This document shows positions 34,362 through 43,258 of a DNA stretch of 64,000 bases, in pieces. Where the stretch lies: assembly GCA_000002435.2 (NCBI GenBank), contig CM018793.1; one strand, written 5' to 3'. Under the pieces are notes generated by a model. That model saw only the letters and a list, made by a program, of their open reading frames with translations. It was not told the origin of the DNA and ran no database searches. Both the position numbers and the translations under genes were made by a program. Numbering within the stretch: position 1 is the first letter of the stretch; every line of letters begins with the position of its first letter. Source of the stretch: Giardia intestinalis (taxonomy: Eukaryota).

Positions 34362-36680
34362 ATGACAGATAACTTCGAGGATTATGGGGAGTTCTCGACC
34401 ACCTCAACCGATGAACAGGTTGAGCAGACATCCCCAGAAAGAGAAACAGTGGAGCGAGCTGCCAAGCCTACTAAGAAGCGTCGGATAAGGGTATGCTTAG
34501 ACTATTGCAAGTATAGTGTGATACATGAAATATGCGAACGGCGAGGCTGGCGACAGGTAGGGGAGTCTGATGACTGGAATTTGCTGTGGAGCGACAGATC
34601 AGTCACTGCGGAAAGAGTGATGAGGATGAAAGTCTACCAACGGATTAACCACTTTCCAAGTATGTATGAAATAACGCGGAAAGATACACTTGCTAAGAAC
34701 CTTAACAAGATACGGAAGCTCATGCCAGACGAATACGACTTTTATCCTATGTCCTTCTACCTACCAGCAGACTCAGCGGAAATGCGGCAGTATATAAGTA
34801 AGGCACCCAAAAAGTCAGTATATATAACGAAGCCAGTTGCATCTTGCCAGGGGCGGGGTATACGCCTCTTCAAAAACATTGACTCTATCGACACCACTGA
34901 GCCACAGGTGGTTCAAGAGTATGTTTCAAAGCCATACTTAATAGGCGGACTAAAGTTTGATCTACGGATGTACGTATTGGTTGTCTCTGTAGCTCCTATT
35001 CTCCGCCTTCTAGTGTATGAAGATGGAATGGCTCGCTTTGCCACCGAGCCATATGCCGAGCCAACAGTCAAGAATATGAAGAAGACTTATATGCACCTGA
35101 CCAACTATGCAATTAACAAGCGCAACGAGAACTTTATCTTTAACGCAGAAGAGGACGAGGACAATGTCGGATCCAAGTGGGGCCTCCAGGCCGTCTGGGA
35201 CAAGATTGTTGAAGATGGTGGAGATCTGCAGAAGATAAGGGAGGATATAAATGACATATTTGTTAAAACAATCCTTGCTGTGCTTCCAACTCTCCAGCAC
35301 ACCTATATGTCGTGTAGGCCTGCTGAAGTGAAAGCAGAGCCAGACGCCGGCAGCATGAATCAGCAATACTTTGGTTCTAACTGCTATGAAGTCTTAGGGT
35401 TTGATATAATGATCGATAGCCTTTTCAAGCCGTGGCTTATTGAAGTTAACCACAGCCCGTCCTTTACGTGCGACACGCCTTTAGACATGCGCATAAAAGA
35501 AACACTAATTGATGCCGTTCTTGACGTAATCAACGTTACTAATGGTGATAGAAAGCAGTTCGTGCGCTTAGAGCGACAGAAGCACATGAAGCGACTTTAC
35601 GGGAAAACAATGGCACGTCCACCACAAATACAGAGTAAGGTGCCAAGGCCACCACAGAAGAAGGGAGCAGAGGAGGCACAGAAAAAGGTATCTACCTTCA
35701 AAACGTATGAAGAGCACATCCAAAAGTGTCTCAAAAGGCTTCCATTTGTGCAAATATATCCCTTGCCAAAAGGGTGTCCAGACCCATATTATTCTATTCT
35801 GCAACGAATACGGAACAAAGGGTCTGTGGATCTTCCCGATCGGCTGCAAAATGTTCTTGCTAAAGGCGCGCCGTCTCAAACTAGCCTATTACAGGCTACG
35901 GGAAAGCGAACAGCATCTGCAACCCCAGCAGCACCGGCGAAGGTACAACCAAGACAGATATCTAATAATATTGTTCCTGTCGCTGACATGCACTCATCTT
36001 CCAGTGTTCCTGTCCTAGAGCGGCAGATTCGTCCGGAATCACCACTGCGAAGGTCTCCGGAACCAGGCCTACATGCTCCCCCTTATTCTACTGCGAGCGC
36101 CACTACGGGTACGGGTGTCAACGCGAATACAGGCTCCATTGGGGCACCAACTGGGCTGCCAAACGACGCCCCCGAATCAGAACCATTTGACAGTTTACTA
36201 AAGCGTGCGCTCTTGGAATTTGAGTACGGCATAGCAAGTCGATCCATCATATTTAAAGGCATCCAAGCCCCTGTGCTATTGCCTCAGGGCCCACCCAGAA
36301 ATGATAAAATTGAGAAAACTAGAGATGCTGAGCTACTGTCTAAACTGCGCGCTATGCTCAAGTTCGGCGTTCGAGAATATGCCGAAAGCATCATCCAGGC
36401 TGGGCAAAAATCAACACAGGTCACGTTATCAAAACAACAACAGCCGCCACCGCAGCCAGTAAAACAAGATATAAATCCTATGCTAATGGCAAACAGGTCC
36501 AAATCGTCAGGCCAGTTTCATAGTGCAGGAATCAGGTCGGTGCCAGGGCACCCGGATATCCATACTGCTTCTGTTTCTCGCGGAAATTACTATGGTGTGG
36601 GTACAGGGCGCATTATTAGGGCATATGATGAAGCACCACTGCCTTCTGTCATGTATAAAGGCCTCTTTGCCAAGAAATAA
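34362..36680 (+). CDS. Tubulin tyrosine ligase-like protein (TTLL polyglutamylase family)
   Basis: TTL domain: RINHFPSMYEITRKD, ATP-grasp motif YITKPVASCQGRGIRLF, QEYVSKPYLIGGLKFDLRMYVLV, HLTNYAINK, CYEVLGFDIMIDSLFKPWLIEVNHSPSF. Upstream is A-rich (aacaaaaaaacATG). Confidence 0.85.
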   Translation: MTDNFEDYGEFSTTSTDEQVEQTSPERETVERAAKPTKKRRIRVCLDYCKYSVIHEICERRGWRQVGESDDWNLLWSDRSVTAERVMRMKVYQRINHFPSMYEITRKDTLAKNLNKIRKLMPDEYDFYPMSFYLPADSAEMRQYISKAPKKSVYITKPVASCQGRGIRLFKNIDSIDTTEPQVVQEYVSKPYLIGGLKFDLRMYVLVVSVAPILRLLVYEDGMARFATEPYAEPTVKNMKKTYMHLTNYAINKRNENFIFNAEEDEDNVGSKWGLQAVWDKIVEDGGDLQKIREDINDIFVKTILAVLPTLQHTYMSCRPAEVKAEPDAGSMNQQYFGSNCYEVLGFDIMIDSLFKPWLIEVNHSPSFTCDTPLDMRIKETLIDAVLDVINVTNGDRKQFVRLERQKHMKRLYGKTMARPPQIQSKVPRPPQKKGAEEAQKKVSTFKTYEEHIQKCLKRLPFVQIYPLPKGCPDPYYSILQRIRNKGSVDLPDRLQNVLAKGAPSQTSLLQATGKRTASATPAAPAKVQPRQISNNIVPVADMHSSSSVPVLERQIRPESPLRRSPEPGLHAPPYSTASATTGTGVNANTGSIGAPTGLPNDAPESEPFDSLLKRALLEFEYGIASRSIIFKGIQAPVLLPQGPPRNDKIEKTRDAELLSKLRAMLKFGVREYAESIIQAGQKSTQVTLSKQQQPPPQPVKQDINPMLMANRSKSSGQFHSAGIRSVPGHPDIHTASVSRGNYYGVGTGRIIRAYDEAPLPSVMYKGLFAKK

Positions 36681-36691
36681 CCCTGTAGTCC

Positions 36692-39631
36692 CTACTCATT
36701 ACTTTCTTCGTCAAAGAGAATGGGTTGCGTGGGTCCTTCAGTATTGAGAAGACGCTTTAGGACCTCATGGCCATATACTTCACATATGAGGAGTCTTAAC
36801 TCCTCGAGAAGGTTCTGACAGATCACTCTAAGTCTAGGGATGTTGATATTTGCTCCATAAGCTCTCCATCTAGTTCTATCTGTCCTGATCAAAGAAGTCA
36901 TGAGCCACGCACGCATCATTCTGTATGTGATTATCACGTTTGGGCAAGGGTTATTGTATAGAATATTGTCAAGTGTTTGGGACTCCAGTAGAGCGTGGCC
37001 ATAAAGATTCCATTCTGCTCCATTTAAACTTGCGACGCAAAAGTGGCTCCGCAAAGATAGTTCTGCAAGATAGTTCATTATATTTTCCCAAGGAAAACGC
37101 ATTTCGAACGTTCCGCATTTGCTCATTGATGCAGGAGTAGAAAATGGAGGGGAGCGCTTACTATACTTCTGATACATTGCTTTCAGTTCCTCCTCAGTGC
37201 AGTTTTTGAAGGCAGTGTCTATATGCTCTTTGCAATATTGTTGGAAATAATATGTGATCTTTTGACGAGAAAATCTAATTCCTCTATCGGCAAAGATGTT
37301 TCTGATTTCTTCAGATACAGTAAATTCCCTCTCAATTTCATGCTTATGGATCTTCAGATAAAGAAGAGGGCCAAGAAGGGCAGAACGCAGGATGTCTCCT
37401 GCAGAGTCTTCGCTATGAAACTGTGCGGTATCGAGCATGGTAAGAGCGGTTGTTATTATAGAAATTGTGGGAGGTTGTAGGGCTTCTATTCGCATAGTGA
37501 ATAGGAAAGAGATAATATTAACCCAATTGGTAGCCACTGTGTGCAGCAGTCGAGACTCGGTATTGCTTTGGATCCCAGTCATAAACGTGGAGGATGAAGA
37601 AGTGGACAGGTCCAGTCCAATCCAGTTTGTTCTGCTACACTTGAATACTTGCCGATATTCTTCTACCACTTCAGCAACAGTCTGGACGCAGCTTCTAAGG
37701 CAGGAAGAAGAAAGATTGACACTGTGGGTCAAACATTCAAGAAGCAACTGTGCATTGGAAGGATTAGAATCAAATTTCTTCTGGATAAATTTCGTGTTAC
37801 GATAGATAAGAGCGCCTAGAATATCCAATGCGCTAATTGTTTCCTTCTCAAAGTCTGGAATGGAAAGATCGAGCCAAGAGCGATGAAATTTAAGCACATT
37901 TATAACATAGTCAAAGATCTTATACTTAGAAAAATAGCTCTTTTCAAATGAGAGCGCACCCTTTATGAGGCATGCAATTATAATGTATATCCACTGCCGC
38001 CTTGTGTCACTTAGTGGCATGTATATAAAAAGATCGATTAACGTGGATATGAATCCCTTAGAAGTGAGTGGGTGCGATCCGCAACCAAAGGTGTCATAGC
38101 ATGGTGGCATGGAAAAACGCATTATGCTAAGTTCTGTCGGAGAAAGAAGATATGATACCGGAAATTGCTGTGTGGAGTCAGAAGGTGATTGCACAAGGAA
38201 AAACCGAAATACAAGCTTCAAGAAAATACTATGTGTAGCCACAATATGAGTATTAGTAGACATTTCTTGGTATTCATACATAGCAGTCGAAATCGCGTCT
38301 GGAGGGACACTAATGCCAGTATTCCTTTTTGCCACCCACGGTCGTGCTCTAATATACTCGCGTACCAATGGAAAGATGTTGTATTCCTGGATTCCGTTGA
38401 TAGCCTTGCATGCTATTGTGGCCAGCTGTGAAGAGAAATACTCTGAAAGAGCATAAAAGAAGTACCTTATTATGCCTGCTGTTAACAGATGCTGTTTGTG
38501 CATGGACCCATACTCGCCCGAAAGAAGCATTTTGAGGAATGTGTTGAAAAAGACAGATGTGTATTGATTTTTACGCAGCTCAAGGCAACACTTGATCATG
38601 CTGGCGCCTGCAAACGGAGATTCTTCCTTCTGTGATTCTGTACTTCTGTCCTCCACGTTCTTAAATCCTCTAACAAGGAGAATGTCACGGAGAAGAAGAA
38701 CTCCTGGTGGGGATGATTTGAACCATGCAATACTGCTTTTCTTTGTTAGATAGGTCTGGACAATGGGGGCATTGAACAAGTCACTATTCGTTTCGCAAAA
38801 GATTGAGGCAGCTGCGACGCCAAGATATCGAATATGGAAGCTTGCATATTGGAGTCCAAGAAAAATAGCAAGATAGGAGTCTGTGAGTATTCTATTTTCC
38901 GTGTTTAGGTCTGGCATGGGAGTCTGCTTACCTGTCAAGCAGTATCCCAAGGCTGCGTTGGTTAAATCGTAAGACATAGAGTCCGTTGACAAGTGCCCAA
39001 TAATTCCGCATGCATTGATCATGCGCATAATGGGATATCTCTGTGCCCGGCCCAGGATCATGTCTCTAAGAAGCAAAGGATTAATGATATCCTTTATTCG
39101 AAGCGGGGCAGAAAGCTGAGTAATGATGATATGAATCAAGTAAATGATTTTCCCAAGCATCTCCACGTGCAGTGCATCAAATGTAAAGTAAAACCATGTA
39201 ATAGCATGCATAAATTCCCTATTCAGCGAATATCGCTGAAATCTATTCCGATGCCCTGCCTGAGAAAGACGCGTGATCATAATGTAGAGCATATCTGTTT
39301 GCTGTAGCATCTGCTCATAGCACTCCTTGAGAGGCAAGTCCTTATTAGAATAAGTGCTGGCGATATGTCGACACATGTGCTGATCTAAATCATAATACAC
39401 AATCGTGTCAGCTGAAAGATCATGGACATCTCTGCGGAGCGTTTTAAGTTGCGTATCTGGAATGTTAGGGGATAATATGGCATTAATAGCATCAAAGTTA
39501 TGCTCCCCATAAGTCTTCATCATAGCGACATTGAGCAGCTGCAGTGTGTCTAGAGGCGTAGTTATCGATCCACGCTCCCACTCCAGCTGTTGCGCCAACA
39601 GAAGCTGCGAGGCTGTTTCGCCATTCGACAT
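36692..39631 (-). CDS. Hypothetical 979-aa protein (no motif recognised; helical-repeat-like composition)
   Basis: Uninterrupted ORF with an ATG start 11 bp from the divergent neighbour's ATG. Confidence 0.55.
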   Translation of the reverse strand: MSNGETASQLLLAQQLEWERGSITTPLDTLQLLNVAMMKTYGEHNFDAINAILSPNIPDTQLKTLRRDVHDLSADTIVYYDLDQHMCRHIASTYSNKDLPLKECYEQMLQQTDMLYIMITRLSQAGHRNRFQRYSLNREFMHAITWFYFTFDALHVEMLGKIIYLIHIIITQLSAPLRIKDIINPLLLRDMILGRAQRYPIMRMINACGIIGHLSTDSMSYDLTNAALGYCLTGKQTPMPDLNTENRILTDSYLAIFLGLQYASFHIRYLGVAAASIFCETNSDLFNAPIVQTYLTKKSSIAWFKSSPPGVLLLRDILLVRGFKNVEDRSTESQKEESPFAGASMIKCCLELRKNQYTSVFFNTFLKMLLSGEYGSMHKQHLLTAGIIRYFFYALSEYFSSQLATIACKAINGIQEYNIFPLVREYIRARPWVAKRNTGISVPPDAISTAMYEYQEMSTNTHIVATHSIFLKLVFRFFLVQSPSDSTQQFPVSYLLSPTELSIMRFSMPPCYDTFGCGSHPLTSKGFISTLIDLFIYMPLSDTRRQWIYIIIACLIKGALSFEKSYFSKYKIFDYVINVLKFHRSWLDLSIPDFEKETISALDILGALIYRNTKFIQKKFDSNPSNAQLLLECLTHSVNLSSSCLRSCVQTVAEVVEEYRQVFKCSRTNWIGLDLSTSSSSTFMTGIQSNTESRLLHTVATNWVNIISFLFTMRIEALQPPTISIITTALTMLDTAQFHSEDSAGDILRSALLGPLLYLKIHKHEIEREFTVSEEIRNIFADRGIRFSRQKITYYFQQYCKEHIDTAFKNCTEEELKAMYQKYSKRSPPFSTPASMSKCGTFEMRFPWENIMNYLAELSLRSHFCVASLNGAEWNLYGHALLESQTLDNILYNNPCPNVIITYRMMRAWLMTSLIRTDRTRWRAYGANINIPRLRVICQNLLEELRLLICEVYGHEVLKRLLNTEGPTQPILFDEESNE

Positions 39632-39642
39632 TATTTAAAAGC

Positions 39643-40758
39643 ATGCCGGACACTGAGCGAACTTCTGAATGCTCCAGACACTGGTTTGCCGCTGCTGCCT
39701 CAGGCGATTGTGACTATATTCAGCAGAACATAGAGAAGTTTAGTGGTGTGCGCAATGAATCTGGAGCCACGGCTTTAATGAAGGCTGCTAGCAACAACGA
39801 TGCACGGATTGTTGAGCTTCTATTGTCATCAGAAGCTGCGCTTCAGGATCAGCAAGGGATGAGTGCTCTAATGTTTGCAGCGCGCAACGGGGCCTTGGAA
39901 GCTCTTACACTACTAATTGAAAAGGAAGGTAGAATAACAGATGCACCCGGATACACGGCCCTTATGCATGCGGTTTCACGAGGCTGTGTGTCATCTGTGA
40001 AAGCCCTGATTCCTTACGAAGCAGGATTGACGCGGCCCCACGGCTGGACCGCACTGATGGACGCAGCCAGTCGCAATCTCAGTGATATCGTATTCCTGCT
40101 ACTAGACCACGAAGCTAAGCGTTCAAACGAATTTGGGGTCACCGCCCTTATGCTTGCTGCTATGTCTGGGGCCACTCACTGCATTGAGCTCTTACTCCCC
40201 CAGGAGGTCCGGATGAAGGACAGCCTGGGCTGCTCTGCCCTAGTCTATGCCATAAAGGCAGAGCACATTCCGTCTATCCTCCTGCTTCTCCCAGAAGAGC
40301 ACGCTGTGCGTGATAGCGAAGGAAAGTTCCCCACCGATTACGCCAATTGTGACAGCAACATTGTTTTCTTTATCAGAGAGTATGATTGGCGTCGCACAAA
40401 GCCCTCTCGCGCCGTATTTCTGCGGTTTGTCTCCGCGTCACATGCACTTCTTTCACGCCAGGGCGCAATTCCAGCTGAGGCGGAGGTTATGGACGCTCTT
40501 CTGGGCTTCCTGGCCGGCGACGCCTCGCTGGGAGGGACTACGTCCGATATTGTGAGTGGGATGAGCGAGATCGCGACGCACCTCTACCTCCCTGCAGGGG
40601 TGCTGTGCGGCGTGTGCGGACGCGAACGCTTTGAGTACGTTGCACTCCCGTGCAGGCACGTGACGGTCTGCGGGTCGTGCCGGGCTCTAGGGCCTTCGTG
40701 TCCCGTGTGCTCCGAGCAGCCCATTTCGTACCTGGGGCTCATGTGGCCGGATGAGTGA
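39643..40758 (+). CDS. Ankyrin-repeat protein with C-terminal C3HC4 RING finger (putative E3 ubiquitin ligase)
   Basis: At least 6 ankyrin repeats (GATALMKAA, GMSALMFAA, GYTALMHAV, GWTALMDAA). RING: CGVCGRERFEYVALPCRHVTVCGSCRALGPSCPVC. Confidence 0.75.
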   Translation: MPDTERTSECSRHWFAAAASGDCDYIQQNIEKFSGVRNESGATALMKAASNNDARIVELLLSSEAALQDQQGMSALMFAARNGALEALTLLIEKEGRITDAPGYTALMHAVSRGCVSSVKALIPYEAGLTRPHGWTALMDAASRNLSDIVFLLLDHEAKRSNEFGVTALMLAAMSGATHCIELLLPQEVRMKDSLGCSALVYAIKAEHIPSILLLLPEEHAVRDSEGKFPTDYANCDSNIVFFIREYDWRRTKPSRAVFLRFVSASHALLSRQGAIPAEAEVMDALLGFLAGDASLGGTTSDIVSGMSEIATHLYLPAGVLCGVCGRERFEYVALPCRHVTVCGSCRALGPSCPVCSEQPISYLGLMWPDE

Positions 40759-40819
40759 ACACAGAGCTCCAAACAGCTACAGACATATACACGCGTGCTC
40801 TGTGCTCCGGCCGCGCGGC

Positions 40820-40891
40820 GGGGGCTTAGCTCAGTGGTAGAGCACTCGACTCCAGATCGAGCGGTCATCGGTTCAATCCCGGTAGCCCTCA
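40820..40891 (+). tRNA. tRNA-Trp: tRNA-Trp (anticodon CCA)
   Basis: The hand fold gives acceptor GGGGGCT/AGCCCTC, D-arm GCTC-AGTGGTA-GAGC, anticodon stem CTCGA/TCGAG with loop CT-CCA-GA (U33, R37), T-arm ATCGG-TTCAATC-CCGGT (G53-C61, T54T55C56). Discriminator is A and an oligo-T (ttta) follows. Confidence 0.85.
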
Positions 40892-40894
40892 TTT

Positions 40895-43258
40895 ATGCCT
40901 CGGCGCCCGCCTGCCCTCTTCGTCGCCGCGGCGGCCCCGTGCTCTTCGCTGTGTCTGGCGCGGACGGGTGCCTGCGTCGTGGAGGGGTCCTGGGCACCGC
41001 TGTGGACCTCGGACACTGCCGCAGCCAAGCGTCTCCTTTGCTCGCTACAAAAACAAACAAGCCCCGACCAGCCCTCCGTGCCGTCAGTCTTTGCTAAGGT
41101 ACTCCGGCAGGAAGTGGACCCTACGACAGGAGTGTTCTCACTATGGACTCAACGATCAACCACCTGCACGTACAACCAAGATCCCACTGGTGCGCTGCTC
41201 ACCTCGCTATGGGCCGCCTACACTCTTAGTAAAGCTATTGCGCCCTTAGCGACCAACAGAGCCTCGCACATAATGAGCTTTTTAGATGTTGTTCTAGGAT
41301 GTATGCAGCAGTCTTCGACCGGAAGTTTCAAGCTAGTATTGTCGGCCACTATGCTTGGTAAAGTACTGTCTGCATCAGATGTTCAGGGCTCTGGTTCAGT
41401 AACTTGCTGGGTAGCCTGTGCGGAAAAGGCTATAGCACAAATTGCCGAAGCCCTTCAGGTATTCATGTGTCGATGTTACTCTCTTGACAACTGGATAGTT
41501 ACGTGCGCTCTTTTCTTGAAGCCTTGTGAGCAGCCAATGCCCAGCCATAGCTCTAAGATAACAACCGTCTCCAGCATAAACTTCTTCCTTTCATCGTTGC
41601 TCACTGTCGTCCAAGAGCTGATAGCGATTCGGCTTGTACCCGCTAAGCTACAGACTCTTGTGGCTGCGGTTTGCAATAGTATAACAGTTCCTGTCAATGA
41701 CTTATTCGAGATGCTTCACAAAGAATACCAACAAGTAGTGTATGGCATTGGTGTTCCAATCGTTAAAGTGTCTTTCTTGGAGCAACAAAGGCGCTTATTC
41801 AACTCTTCGCCAGGTCTCCTTACGATAGAGCCGCTGAATTTATGGAACCTAGTGTACTATGACAACGGCGATACCATACTTATTCATGGACTTAGATATA
41901 GATCGATTGGAGTAGAGACGCTAGACAGCTATTTACATCTGGCAGGAGCTCAGAATAATAGTGGTGAGACGGCTCTTATGGTTGCTATTAAAACAAGGCA
42001 ATATGACCTTCTATCAACTCTCATTCCACTTGAGGGAGGCCTCACAGACTGCTATGGAAATACAGCTATCACTTTGATTTTATCCTCTGGAGATGACAAT
42101 CTACTTCCATATGTAGCAGCGATACTACGTTATGAAAGCGAAGCTCTAAGAAGACTCAACTTTACAGACCTAATGCTTGAGGTCTTCTCTGAGCCTTGTA
42201 CGAAGCTAACAAGACTTGATCAGACTCGCCAACAAACGGTCCATGGAGACACCGCATTGATGCTCGCTGTCCTCGTGGACCACCTATCCGCAGTACAAGC
42301 ACTAGCTCCACTCGAAGCCGGAATGCGGAACAAAAAGCTCAAACAAGCAGGTACAATTGCTCTCGAACTGGACAGGAGAGAGTGTATTGAATTGCTTATT
42401 CCATACGAGGATATTAGGGACGCTCAATCAAATACTGCTCTACATAGGGCTGTGATGGAAGCGCAAGGCGATGATATTGCTTCTGAGCTAAGCAAGTACC
42501 ACCAGATGGCAGGGAAATATAATGCTTCCGGATATACAGCATTAATGGAAGCTGCTCGACGCGGAAATACTAAGGCGGTCGTGGCCTTAGTGAAGATTGA
42601 GGGTGGAATGACAACCCCTAAAACAATTCCCATTACTCTTCTATCTCCTGGGATCAGTACTAAGACCTATCAAACCATCACTAGGGTTACGGCTTTTATG
42701 ATCTGTCTTATACAGTTATCGTCTTGCAATCCAGAATATGAAACAATTTTATATATTTTATCCAAAAGAGAGGGAGATATTGCGTGCTCTGATGGGATCA
42801 CACCTCTCATGCTACTGGGGATCCTGAACAAACCTATCTTTTACCCATTTTGTCAAGCAACTTTAGGAAGGGTCGATAACAAAGGAAAAACTTCTCTCAT
42901 ATATGCAGTGGAGCATGCCGCCTGGGATCTTGTTCTGCTTTTGCTTGAACACGAGGGAGGTCTTCAGGACTCCAGTGGCTGGACTGCTTTGCTTTATGCT
43001 GTTCGGGACAATACCATAATAGATAGTAGAGCGATAGCAGAGCTTGCTCGGCGGGAGGGGAATCTAATCAACCGGTGGGGTTGGTCTGCACTAACGTATG
43101 CTGTCCATAACAACAATGTTGATCTCATTCGCTTACTGCTTCCATTTAGTACGCAAGAGCAGATCGTCCAAGCACAGAGACACATCCACAGTATAAAAAG
43201 ATCCGATTCATCGAAAGAACATCTATCAAGTTTATTCGCCGTACTCGACGTCATGTAG
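40895..43258 (+). CDS. Ankyrin-repeat protein (protein 21.1-like); true start uncertain
   Basis: From about residue 330 onward there are many ankyrin repeats (GETALMVAI, GNTAITLIL, GDTALMLAV, GYTALMEAA, GITPLMLLG, GKTSLIYAV, GWTALLYAV, GWSALTYAV). The first about 125 codons are GC-rich low-complexity sequence beginning 3 nt after the tRNA. The in-frame ATG at 41273 is an alternative start. Confidence 0.7.
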   Translation: MPRRPPALFVAAAAPCSSLCLARTGACVVEGSWAPLWTSDTAAAKRLLCSLQKQTSPDQPSVPSVFAKVLRQEVDPTTGVFSLWTQRSTTCTYNQDPTGALLTSLWAAYTLSKAIAPLATNRASHIMSFLDVVLGCMQQSSTGSFKLVLSATMLGKVLSASDVQGSGSVTCWVACAEKAIAQIAEALQVFMCRCYSLDNWIVTCALFLKPCEQPMPSHSSKITTVSSINFFLSSLLTVVQELIAIRLVPAKLQTLVAAVCNSITVPVNDLFEMLHKEYQQVVYGIGVPIVKVSFLEQQRRLFNSSPGLLTIEPLNLWNLVYYDNGDTILIHGLRYRSIGVETLDSYLHLAGAQNNSGETALMVAIKTRQYDLLSTLIPLEGGLTDCYGNTAITLILSSGDDNLLPYVAAILRYESEALRRLNFTDLMLEVFSEPCTKLTRLDQTRQQTVHGDTALMLAVLVDHLSAVQALAPLEAGMRNKKLKQAGTIALELDRRECIELLIPYEDIRDAQSNTALHRAVMEAQGDDIASELSKYHQMAGKYNASGYTALMEAARRGNTKAVVALVKIEGGMTTPKTIPITLLSPGISTKTYQTITRVTAFMICLIQLSSCNPEYETILYILSKREGDIACSDGITPLMLLGILNKPIFYPFCQATLGRVDNKGKTSLIYAVEHAAWDLVLLLLEHEGGLQDSSGWTALLYAVRDNTIIDSRAIAELARREGNLINRWGWSALTYAVHNNNVDLIRLLLPFSTQEQIVQAQRHIHSIKRSDSSKEHLSSLFAVLDVM

